A DNA stretch of 40,216 nucleotides, taken from the NCBI GenBank assembly GCA_964439775.1, contig CAYTPF010000001.1, forward strand, positions 761-40,976, read 5' to 3'. The stretch comes from an uncultured bacterium (lineage in GTDB: Bacteria; Fidelibacterota; Marinisomatia; SCGC-AAA003-L08; GCA-002704045). Every line of letters begins with the position of its first letter. The stretch's first letter is position 1. The notes under the pieces were generated by a model. It ran no database searches and was not told the origin of the DNA. It worked only from the letters and a program-made list of their open reading frames with translations. The translations under genes were made by a program, and so were the position numbers. Shown in pieces: positions 12,001 to 24,000 of the stretch.

Positions 12001-15000
12001 ACCCGCCGTCCTGCAACGCCGTGATCTGAGGATCATTTTGCGTGCCGCTGACGGCCGTGTTGACCAGGAACTCATCGATCTGGGTGATCGGCGTATCAAC
12101 AGGCGTTGCGCCGTCGTGCGTCGTGAAGATCTTGGCGCGGATATCTGTGCTGCTGCCGTCCCCGTGACCGCTGTCGTCCTGCCACGTCACCACGAAGCCG
12201 TCACCATGCGGGGCTACCGATGCATAATACTGAGTGCTGCTTGTATAGCTGTTGACCATGAACTCATCGCCAACCGCCTGTCCGCCCGCATCGTAGCGCT
12301 GACCGAAGACACCGCTGCTATCTTGAGCACCACTCCCATGCCAAATAACAACGTAGCTACCATCGCTCAGCGTTGTGCTTGATGGATCGTTCTGACTGCT
12401 CGATACGTAGCTGTTGACCCGGAACGCACCGGCGCCGGCCTCATTGGCCCGCACAATAATGTCATCAGAGCCGTCACCGATCATCGCCGTGACCGCTGCC
12501 GACACATCGGCATCGCCGTTGATGGCATCAATCAGGCCGGCGCGCACCTCGGCGACATCGTCGCCGGCCGCAGCCGTATAAGTCACCGTCGTGCCGTTCA
12601 CGGTCGCCGTGAAGTCTTCACCCTCGGCAACCGTGCCGCTGATCGTCATCCGGTCCGTCTGGTGCGCGAAGTTCTCACCGCTAACAACCGCCAGGTCGTC
12701 GCCACCACCGAGGTTCACTTCTTCGACATTGGAGACCGTGATCGCATCTGCCTGATCGCCCAAGTCGACCCGGTCGATACCGTCACCAAGATCGATGCTA
12801 ACGCCGCTCTGGGCCGCATCGAAGACCAGTATCTCGTCCGCCGAACCGCCAATCAGCTTCGCTTCCGTCGCCTTACTGCCGTCGGCGTTGAAGTGCTGGC
12901 CGTAAATGCCGTAGGAACTGGAGTAATCCTGATAACGCGATTCCCAGGTGACGACGAAGCTGCCATCGTCGAGAGCCGTCACCGACGGATCTTGCTGATC
13001 ATGGCTCGTATAACTATTAACCCGGAACTCAGAGCCCTGCTCGGCACCGGTGGCATTGAACACCTGACCATAAATACCGTAGCCCGAACCATCCTGGTTG
13101 CTGGATTGCCAGGTGGCAACAAAGCCACCCTCACTCAACGCCGTCACCGACGGATAGCTCTGGGTGCTGCTCGTATAACTGTTGACCCGGAACTCGGAGC
13201 CCTGCTCGGTACCATCGGCATTGAACATCTGCGCATAGACGTCCGCACGTCCACCGTCGTACCAGGTGACGACAAACGCATCATCGGCAAGCGCCGTCAC
13301 CGACGGATAGTACTGCTCACTGGACGTGGTATCGGTGTTGACCAGGAACTCACCATCACTGTGCGGCGTGCCGTCAGCTGCGAAGCGCTGACCGTAGATG
13401 CCGTACTGGCTGCCATCCTGGCCGTTCGACATCCAGGTGACGATGTAACCGCCGTCACTGAAACTGGTCACCGACGGTTGTTGTTGATGGTTATTGGTAT
13501 GGGTGTTGACCTGGAACTGACCGCCCGCAACCGCTGTCGGCGTATCCACACCCGTTGTCGTAAACTGCTGGCCGAAGACAGCGTAGTTGCTGCCATCGGT
13601 GAACCCGGCGTCTGTCCGGGTCGTATTGCCCGCCTCATCGCCCCAGGTCACAACAAAGTTACCGCTGCCAAGATCCGTCACCGATGGATGATGTTGGTCA
13701 CCCGACGTGTAACTGTTGACAGCAAACTCATCGCCCAACATCTGTCCATTGCTATCAAAACGCTGGCCAACGATGCCGTAGCCAGCATCATCGTAATCGG
13801 CAATGTCGCCATCTCGTGTGCTGTTCGATTCCCAGGTAACGACGAAGCTACCGTCGCTCAGCCCCGTAACCGATGGCTCGCTTTGGTGATTATGCGTATC
13901 GGTATTGACCCGGAACTCCTCACCAAGGGCTTCGCCGCCGTTGGTATAGAGCTGGCCGTAGGTGTTGTAATAGCTCCCGTCGTCGTCCTGGTTATAGGAT
14001 TGCCAGACCACCACATAACCGCCGCCAGCCAGCTTATCGACCGATGCATTGACCTGATGGTTGTGTGTAAAGGTGTTAACCCGGAACTCGTCTTCCGCAT
14101 CACCGGAGAAAGTCAGCTCGCCGTCATTGAACTGGATCGTCTCGACGTCCTTACCCAGCGTGTCGGTGCCATCATCACCGTCGGCAAGATCACCGTCAGT
14201 AATCGTCCGGTTGGTCATGTCGAGGCGGTAGTCCGACATCTCTCCGGAATAGAGAGCAACGTCATCTCCGTCGCCACCGGCAATCATGTCATCACCGGCA
14301 CCACCGATCATCACATCATCACCGGAACCGCCCTGGATCAGGTCGTCACCAATGCCACCATCAATGCGGTCGTCGCCACTACCGCCCTGAAGCTTGTCCT
14401 CACCAGCGTCACCTTTGAGAACGTCATCGCCACCCGAACCGGCAATCCGGTCATCACCATCACCACCGGACAGGTTGTCCGCAGCACCGCCGCCTATCAG
14501 TGCATCGTCACCATCGCCGCCGTAGACGGCGCCGAAGGTATCGGTGCCGCTGAGCTCATGGCTGACCGTCGCCGCATTGTCATCCGTGCTCGCCAGCGAT
14601 GTCGTGTTCTGGGTGCTGCCGCTGGCCGCAAACGTCGCTCCCGCCGTCGTCGCCGTCAGGATGATCTGGCCGTCTTCGGAACCCGCGCTCGCCGTCACCG
14701 TTGTGCTGATCGTAGCGTCGGCATCAAGACTGGTTAGTAAGCTGTCGCGAATGTCGGCAATGCTCTCACCCGTCGAGACCGTGTGGGAGACACTGTCGCC
14801 ACCAATGCTGAGTGTGTAGCTGTCACCCGCCTCGATGGTACCAGCAACCGTCACCTGGCTGACCTGGTTCACATTGGCACTGGTGTCACTGACCGTCGTT
14901 ACCGTCGCGCTGTCCGCCGGTGCAACCGACGTCTGCAGGGCTGTCCCCGCATCAACGGTGCTGAGAACGATCGTCGAAGCACCCTCGCCTTCGGCCCTGA

Positions 15001-18000
15001 CCATGGAACTCACATCCGGGTCGGCACCGATGGAACCCATCAGGCCGGCGCGGACGGCTGCAGCCGTATCACCCGCCTGAGCCGTGTAACTCACCGTATG
15101 TGTATCGGTGCCATCCGAGACGCTGAGGCTGTATTCCTCGCCCTGCGTAATGCTGGTCAGGTCAATCCGGTCAATCTGGTGCAGGCTGGCCACCGCATCG
15201 TGCAAGACGTCAACCGTCACCGTCGCATCATCGAGACCGCCCGCATTGTTAAACGCTTCAGCCGAAGCGAAGAAGGGGTTGGTCGAACCATCGACGCCAA
15301 AGCGCTGACCATAAATACCGTAACCCGAGCCGTCCTGGCCGCTGGATTCCCAAGTGACCATGAAGCCGCCGTCTTTGAGCGCCGCCACCGACGGATCATA
15401 CTGATCGCTCGAGGTGTAGGTGTTGACCTGGAACTCGTCGCCGAAGGTGTTGCCCTGCGCGTCATAACGCTGACCAAAGATACCGTAGCTTGAGCCATCC
15501 TGACCGCTGGACTGCCACGTGACGACAAAGCCGCCGTCCAGCAAGGCCGTGACGTCTGGCTTTGTCTGCTCACTCGAGGTGTAGGTGTTGGCCTGGAACT
15601 CATTACCGTCCGTGCTGCCATCGGCGTTGAAGCGCTGGCCGTAGATGCCGTAGCCCGAGCCATCCTGACCGCTGGATTCCCAGGTAATGACGAAGCCGCC
15701 GTCGGCAAGGTCGGCAATCGACGGGTTGTACTGATCGTTGTTCGTATAGGTATTGACCTGGAACTCGGTGCCATCCGCATTGCCGTCGGCATCGAAGCGC
15801 TGGCCGTAAATACCGTAGTTGCTGTTGCCATTACCATTGCTGTCGAGGTCATCCTGGTAACGGCTCTCCCATGTGACCACAAAGCCGCCATCCTGGAGCG
15901 AGGCTATCGATGGGTCTTCCTGATTATTATACGTCTCCGTATTAATCTGGAAGGCATTACCCGCCTGTTCGCCATCCACATCAAAGCGCTGGCCGTAGAC
16001 ACTGTAACCGTCATCATCCCCGTAAGATGAACTTCCCACCGTCCAGGTTGTGACAAAGCCGCCGTCCTTAAGACCCGTAATCGAAGGCTGGGACGGTGAA
16101 TAGTTCGCATCCGCAACGACAAACTCGCTGCCCGAAGGCGTGCCGTCCGCATCATAGCGCTGGCCGCGAAGGTCGTTATTGTTGCCGCTGTACCAAGCTG
16201 CGACAAAACCGCCGTCCTCAAGCGCCGTCACCGATACACTGTTCTGAGAGGAGTTGGTCAGGGTATTGACCCGGAACTCATCACCGATAGCATTGCCGCT
16301 GGCGTCATAACGCTGGCCATAGACACCTTCACCAGAACCGTCTCGGCCACTCTCATCGGTCCACATCACCACCACGCTGCCGTCATTCAGCGTCGTCGCC
16401 GAAGGATCTTTCTGCGTGCTCGACGTGTACGTATTAATCTGAAACTCTTTCTGGACACCCGCTTCGCCGGCCCGGATCACGATCTCGTCGGCCGCGTCAC
16501 CTGCCATGACAACGACCGCATCGGAAGCCCCGGCATTCAGCGCATCGATCAGGCCGGTCCGAACCTCGGCAATGCTATCGCCATCCTCGACCCGGTAGCT
16601 CACCTTCGTCGCATTGACCGTGACCGTGTAAACATCACCCGTCTCAATCGTGCCGGACAGCTTAACCACGTCCGTCTGGTGCGCCAGGTTGTCGCCGGTA
16701 ACGACCGCCATATCATTGCCGTCACCGAGGTCGACCGTCTCCGTATTGGCCACCGCAATGCTGTCGTCGCCGGCGCCAAGCGTCAGCGTATCGATGCCGT
16801 CACCGAGATCGATGGCAAGACCGTCCTGAGCCGCATCAAAGATCAGCGTCTCGTCACCCGAACCGCCAATCAGCTTGGCATCACTGGCCTTCGTGCCGTC
16901 GGCATTGAAGTGCTGCGAGAAGATGCCCCAGTCGCTGGAGCCATTGTTATCTTGATACTCAGATTCCCAAGCGACAACAAAGCTGCCGTCGGCAAGCGCT
17001 GTCACCACCGGATCTTGCTGCGACTGATACGTCTCCGTGCTCACCTGGAACTCATCGCCAACCGGGACACCGCTGGTGTCATAGCGCTGGGCGAAGATCC
17101 CATATTCGTGACCGTCTTGATTGTAGCCTGCCCAGGTGACAACAAAACCGTCGCTGCCCAGGCTGGTCACCGTCGCGTCATACTGCGTACTACTTGTGTA
17201 CGTATTGGCCTGGAACAAATCACCGTTCGGGACCGGCGTATCATCATCCGTTCCCGAAACCATCGTGAACTTCTGACCAAACACCGCCCAGTCGCTGTTA
17301 TCGAACCCGGAACCCAGCTCATTCGAGCGGGAGTTGGTCGCCTCATCACCCCAGGTGACAACGAACTCGCCGTTGTCGAGGCCGGCCACCGAGGGCTGAT
17401 GCTGATCGCGAACTGTCCGGTCCGCATTGACCATAAACTCGTCGCCAACCGTGTTGCCCGAAGCATCGAACTGCTGGCCGTAAATGTTATAATAACCGCC
17501 GTCGCCATCCTGATTATAGGATTCCCAGACCTTCACAAAGCCGCCATCCGAGAGCGATGCCAAAGCCTCACCTGAGTTGGCACCCGGGTTATACTGATTG
17601 CTTGAGGTATAGGTGTTGACCTGGAACAGATCCCCGTCCGTCGACGGCGTATCGCCACCCACCGTCGTAAACTTCTGACCAAATACCGCCCAATCGCTGT
17701 TGTCGAAACCGGAGCCCAGCTCGCTTGAGCGCGAGCTTGTGCTCTCGTCACTCCAGGTGATGACAAACTCACCATTATCGAGACCGGTTACCGACGGGTC
17801 ATGCTGATCACGGATCGTCCGATCCACATTGGCCATGAACTCGTCGCCAACTGAACCGCCATTCGCATCAAAACGCTGACCATAGATATTATAGTAATGG
17901 CTGTCGCCATCCTGGTAGTCCGACTCCCAGGTAACGACAAAACCGCCGTCCGACAGCGAGGCGATCGAAGGATCACTCTGGGTCTGATAGGTCGTGGTGT

Positions 18001-21000
18001 TAACCCGGAACTCTTCGCCGAGCGGCGCGCCGCTTGGCGTGAAGACCTGACCGCGGATGTCCGCGCCACTGCCACCATCATGACCACTGTCGTCCTGCCA
18101 GGTCACCACATAGTTGCCATCGGCAAGACCCGTGATCGACGGATCATGCTGGGAGGAAGGCTCCCAGGTATTGACCTGAACCTCTTCCGCCTCGCTCGAC
18201 AGCGTCAGTTCGCCGTCACTGAAGCGAACCGTCTCGATGCCATCCAGCGTATCCGTGCCGTCGTCACCATCCGTTGTATTGATATCAGTGACCGTGCCGG
18301 CATCCGTATCCAGGCGGTAATCCGACATCTTCCCGGAGAACTCGGCAACGTCACTACCGTCGCCACCCTTCAACGTGTCGTCCCCGGCGCCGCCGATCAG
18401 GACGTCATCACCACGGCCACCCTTCAGCGTGTCGTTACCGCCAGCACCGTCGAGGATATTGGCCCCGCCGCTGCCTTCAATCACGTTCGCCGCGTCGTTA
18501 CCCGTACCAGAGACCGCATCCGGACCGCTGAGATCCAGCTCTTCGATATTGTCACTCAGGGTGTAACTCTCACCCGTGCTGATCACACGGTCTGCACCCT
18601 CACCCGTCAGTTCCGTCACCACATCGTCGGCACTGTTGACCGTATAGGTGTCGTCGCCGTCGCCACCAATGAGCGTATCCGCACCAGCGCCGCTGGTTAT
18701 CCGATCATCACCGCTGCCCGCCGTAACGACAGCACCGGTCTCACCCTCGATCGTCAGCGTGTTGTCGCCTTCGCCAAGGTTGACCGTCTCCACATTCTCG
18801 ACACGAAGCTGATCATCGCCGGCACCAAGCGTCAGGCTATCCGTACCCTCACCAAGATCAACCGCACGCTCATTCATCGTCTGACTGAAGGTCACCGCTT
18901 CATCGGCAACGCCACCGGTAAAGCGGATCGTCGACAGCGGCAGGCCGTTGGCATCATAACGCTGACTGTAGATGCCTGAACCACTGCTGTCCTGTCCGTC
19001 CTCCGACGTCCAGGTGACAACAAAACCACCGTTATCGAGTGCCGCAACCGACGGATCATGCTGAGAAGAGTTGGTATAGCTGTTGGCCATGAACTCGTCG
19101 CCAACCGGCGTACCCGTACCATCAAACATCTGACCACGGATATCCGCACCGGAACCGCCATCATGGCCACTGTCGTCACGCCAGGTGACGACAAAACCGC
19201 CGTTATCAAGGGTTGTCACCGACGGCTGATACTGGGAACCCGACGTGTAATCGTTGATACGGAAGTCGCCGCCCAGGACCTGTGGCGTCAGGATCAGATC
19301 GCCATCATCATCGGTCGCAGTCGTCGTAAAGATCTGACCGCGGACATCGTAACCGGATCCTGTCGCGCTGTCGTTGTCGTTCGTATCGTGTGAGCTGCCA
19401 CTGTCATCACGCCAGATCACCACGAACGTGCCATTGCCAAGATCGGCCATCGCCGGCTCATACTGCGAGCCGCTGTCCGCATCGGCATTGATCAGGAAGT
19501 CGTCACCAACCTTCTGACCCGCCGCATCGAAGCGCTGACCAAAGACATCAATACCACTGCCACCGTCATGACTGCTGCCCTTGTCATCACGCCAGGTGAC
19601 GACAAAGCCACCGTCTGAGAGCGATGTAATCGCCGGGTCGTACTGGCTGCCCGACGTATAGGTGTTCACCAGGACTTCATCTGCGTCAACAATCGGCGTA
19701 TCGACCGGATTACTGCTCGCATCCGTCGTCGTGAAGGTCTTAACGAAGATGTCGTTGCTGCTGCCGCCTTGGCCATCATTACTACCGTCACTATCGTACC
19801 AAGCCACAGCAAAACCGTCACCGTGGGCAACGATCGCCGGATCATACTGCTCGCCCGAGACATTCGTATTGACGAGAAGTTCCTCGCCAATCATCTCGCC
19901 ATCCACATCGAAGCGCTGAGCCCGAATGTCGTAGCTAGAACCGGCATCATGGCCGCTGTTATCACGCCAAGTGATGACAAACCCGCCGTCGTTCAGCGTT
20001 GTCACCGAGGGCTCATACTGATGGCTCGAGGTATAGGTGTTGACCCGGAACTCATCACCGATCAGCGCACCCGTCTCATTGAACAGCTGAGCTCGGATGT
20101 CGTAATTAGAACCGCCGCTATGGCCGCTGCTGTCCGCCCAAGTCACCACATACTTACCGCCGGCAAGGCCTGTCACTGAAGGCGTATACTGCGTACCTGA
20201 GACGTACGTATTAACCTGGATCTCGCCGTCGTTATCGTCAGAGACTTCCAGTCGCTGACCGTCGGCAAAGGCAAGCGTCTCGACACTCGTTAGGCTGTCC
20301 GTGCCGTCATCGCCGTTCGTTGTATCGACATCAGTGACCGTAATCGTCGTGCCATCTGCACTGGTCGTGACCCGGTAATCAGAGATGTCGCCGGCGAACG
20401 TCGCCGTATCCGAGCCCGCGCCGCCATCAATCGTATCGTCACCGGCGCCGCCCGTTATAACGTCACTGCCCGAGCCCGCATTAATCTGATCAACACCTTG
20501 GCCACCGTCCAGTGTGTCCATGCCAGACCCAGCGTTCAGGACATCGTTACCAGAGCCGCCAACGAGCGTATCCGAGCCAGAGCCGCCAATTAGGATGTCC
20601 TCGCCGGAACCGCCGTCCAATAAGCTGCCCGCGTTGTTCGCAAACAGGCGGTCGTCGCCACCCTCGCCAAAGACGTTGCTCGCCTCATCGCCCGCGACCG
20701 TAACAACATCAGCACCGCCACCCGCGTACACATACTCCGTGCCAGAAACAAAGAAGGTGCTCTCCGCATTACCCGTCAGCGTAATAGTATCGATGCCTTC
20801 GCCGAGATTGATGAGAGAGTAGTCGTCGACACCTGTGAATGTGAATGAGGAGTTGAGATCATCACCGAGGGTTGTGGCGACACCTTTGGTTCCGTCGGCG
20901 GAGAAGCGCTGGGCCCGGATGTCGTAGCTGGAGCCGCCGCTATGGCCGCTGCTGTCCTGCCAGGTGACCACGAAACCACCATCGACGAGGGCGGTAACCG

Positions 21001-24000
21001 ACGGCTCACTCTGGGTGCTGCTATTATATGTGTTAACCCGGAACTCATCGTTGAACGGGGTTCCATCAGCGTTATAGATCTGGCCACGGATATCTGAGGA
21101 TCCGTCGTTGTACCAGGTCACGACGAAACCACCATCGGCAAGCCCGGTTACGGAAGGCGTATATTGATTATTGGAGATATAATCGCTGACAATCGGCATC
21201 TCATCGCCGACCGGGCTTCCGGCGGCATCGTAGCGCTGACCCATGATGGTATATGAGTGGTGTTGGTCGCCGTAGTAGGACGCGTAAGTGACGATAAAGC
21301 CGCCGTCACTCAAGTCTGCAACCGACGGCGCATACTGAGTGTGATAGGTGCCGTCATTGACCCGGAAATCAGACCCGGCTTCTACCGGTGTCGTCAGCGC
21401 ATCACCATTGGCATCCTTGGTGGTGAAGATCTGCGCCCGGATATCATCGCTTGAGCCTGTCGTTGCGTCGTCGCCGCTCTTATCATGAGAGCTGCCCTGA
21501 GAATCCCGCCAGGTGACCACGAACTGGCCGTTACCAAGTCCGGCGACCGAAGGCTCATACTGAGAGCCGGTGTCCGCATCGGCATTGATCAGGAACTCAT
21601 CGCCCACCTTGACAGAGTTGGCATCAAAGCGCTGGCCGAAGACATCGACACCGGAGCCCTCACGGGAATCTGTGGCACCATTGTTATCGCGCCAGGTCAC
21701 GACAAAGCCGCCGTCATCGAGACTGGCGATTGACGGATCGTACTGATCGTCGTCAATCGTCGTATGGATCTGGAACTCGCCACCCTGTGGCTCGCCGGAG
21801 GCACTGTAGTGCTGGCCGTAGACACCGTAGCTGCTGCCCGCATCTTGGTACCGCGAGCCCCAGGTGATGACATAACTGCCGTCTTCGAGGCTCGTGACTT
21901 CCGGGTTCCTCTGGGTGTGACCCGTGTGGGTGTTGACCCGGTACTCGCCGCCAATGGGATCGCCGAGAATATTATAGTTCTGGGCATAGACGTCGTCCCG
22001 GTTCTCATCGTACCAGGTGGTGACAAAGTTGCCGTCACCATAGGCGCTCACCGAAGGATTGTGCTGGTCCCCACTGATGTTGGCATTGACCATGAACTCG
22101 CCGGTCTCGGTGACCGAAACCGTCAGTTCAGCGCCGTCGTCAAAACGGAGCATCTCGATGTCATACAGGGTATCGGTACCCTCGTTACCGTCCGCGACAT
22201 TAAGATCGGTCACCGTCATCGTGGCGAGATTGATGGCGTAATCAGAAGCGTCCCCAAGGAACGTGGCAACGTCATACCCTTCGCCACCGCGGAGGATGTC
22301 GTCACCAAGGCCACCGCTCAGAATATTGTCGTTGGCATTGCCGAAGATCTCGTTGTCGGTCGCGCTACCGATACCAGTTATTGACAGCTCGCCGCTGAGA
22401 TACAGCTCTTCGACGTTGTCCCAAAGGGTCGTCGTCTCGAGCGCCGAGTAGACGGTATCGATGCCACCGTTGGCACGCTCGATAACCGTATCATTGAGGT
22501 CGGCTTCGCTGATGCTGTACGTATCGTTACCGTCGCCACCCTCCAGCATATCCGATCCGGCACCGCCGCTCAGGAAGTCATGCCCGGCGCCGCCCTCAAG
22601 CGTGTCGTCACCGATGTTGCCGGTTAGGACATCGTTACCGGAACCGCCGACCAGCTGATCATCGCCAGTTGCGCCATACAGATGATCGTTGCCGGTACCA
22701 CCATCCACATAGACGCCGGCATCACCCTTGACTTGAACAAAGTCATTGCCGCCACCCAGATCGACCGTCTCAACATTCGTCACCGTCAGCGTATCCCGGG
22801 CATCCCCGAAGGTCAGGGTATCGATGCCGGCACCAAGATCGACATTGAGGCCGAGCTGACCATCGGCCAGGAAGATGTCTTCATTGGCAGCTGTGCCGGT
22901 CAGTTCGGCCTGGCTCGCCGGCGTACCGTCGCTGTCGAACCGTCTGGAGAACACGCCGTAGCTGTGATCATAGCTGCCGGAACTGTTCGGGCTGTCCCTG
23001 TAATCGGACATCCACGAAACCGCAAATCCGCCATCGGCAAGAGCCGCAATCGAGGGCTGGTTTGAATTGTATGAATTATCGGGATCAACTTCGATCTCGC
23101 CGCCGACCTTGGTGCCGTCCGCATTGAAGACCTGGGCTCTGATATCGTCATTATTGCCGTTGTACCAGACGGCGACAAAGTTGCCGTTGGTCAGCGTGGC
23201 AACGTAAGCGTCACTCTGAGTACTGTTGGTCGTCGAGTTGATCTGGAACTGATCCCCCGACATGGATACGGCGTCTTCGCCTTCAACGTTGCTGGTGGTA
23301 AACACCTGGCCGAAGACACCCCAACCGCTGGTGTCCGTACCCGGACGGTTGGCATGGGTCGTCTCATCTCCCCAGGTAACGACAAACTGACCGTTGTCGA
23401 GCCCGGTGACATCCACTTGGGACTGATTGCCGCTCGTCCAGGTATTGACGGGGAACTCATCACCACGAACCTCACCGTCCGAACCGTAGCGTTGGCCACG
23501 AATACCATAGCCAGAAGTATCGTCGCTATCTTGCGAGGTATTGTCTTGCCAGGTGATGACAAACCCGCCATCCGACAGAGAGGCCACCGCCGGATGGGTC
23601 TGCTCTCCTGACGTATAGGTATTGACCCGGAACTCACTACCGGAAGGTGTGCCATTAGCATCGTAACGTTGGCCATAAATACCGTAGTCGCTGCTACCCG
23701 TATCCTGGTAGCGCGAGTGCCAGGTGACCACATAGCCGCCGTCAGCCAACGCCGTGACTTCCGGTCCTGTCTGATCGTCGTAAGTCTGGGTATTGATCAG
23801 AACTTCCGGACCCTGAGCAACACCGCTGGCATTATAGAGCTGGCCGCGCACATCCCAGCTCTCTCCACCACCAATCTGATTGTTAGAGCCACTGCTGTCC
23901 TGCCAAGTGATGAAGAAGCCGCCGTTCTCAAGACCGGTAACTTCCGCCCGCTCCTGTTCGTTCCCTGTCCAGGTATTGACCTGGAACTCTTCGCCAAGAG

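Larger units (their letters stand above)
3360..20761 (-). repeat. 17.4-kb macro-repeat, copy A (C-terminal copy in the protein), 17,402 nt identical to 20775-38176
   Basis: Every ORF-track entry from 3361 to 20703 recurs with the same length and amino-acid sequence at +17,415, in several frames on both strands. My raw-line spot checks found no mismatch. The first mismatches are 3359 vs 20774 and 20762 vs 38177. Unit architecture N->C: R1-P1-R2-P2-L2-P3-L3-R4-P4-L5-P5-R6-LC-P6-L6-P7-L7-R8-P8-R9-P9-tail. The tail is 3360-3469 (KGVATTLGDDLNSSFTFTGVDDYSLINLGEGIDTITL). Confidence 0.93.

Noticed and set aside
12662-14737. Long plus-strand ORFs: 691 aa here and its twin at 30077-32152; also 7949-9457 / 25364-26872 (502 aa), 17897-18979 / 35312-36394 (360 aa), 16679-17575 and 6254-7075.
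   Set aside because: They are in-phase antisense shadows of the real minus-strand frame (same triplet register, = 2 mod 3). A plus-strand stop in that register requires a TTA, CTA or TCA codon in the real gene, and these are rare here, so the antisense frame stays open for long stretches. The products are Arg/Val/Ile/Ala/Thr-rich with no recognisable motif, and they tile the strand opposite a frame with overwhelming protein signal.
15217-15891. Minus-strand ORFs in the track (e.g. the 224-aa ORF here, 5776-6318, 11206-11703 and all others).
   Set aside because: All start at coordinates = 1 mod 3, so they are shifted by one base from the coding frame. The translations are Ser/Thr/Pro/Arg/Met-rich low-complexity sequence, typical of an off-frame reading of a GC-rich repeat gene.
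3470-20220. The regular ~165-190-nt periodicity as a CRISPR array or non-coding satellite.
   Set aside because: The periodic units are diverged protein-coding blades (conserved at the amino-acid level, variable at third positions), not identical short repeats separated by unique spacers. The period also varies.
20762-20774. The joint as a frameshift or pseudogenisation point, or as an attachment-site-like core.
   Set aside because: The period of 17,415 nt is a multiple of 3, and hand translation across the joint (..IDTITLTGNAESTFFVSG..) shows neither a stop nor a frame change. The 13-mer does not recur at the outer boundaries, so it is not a shared att-like core.
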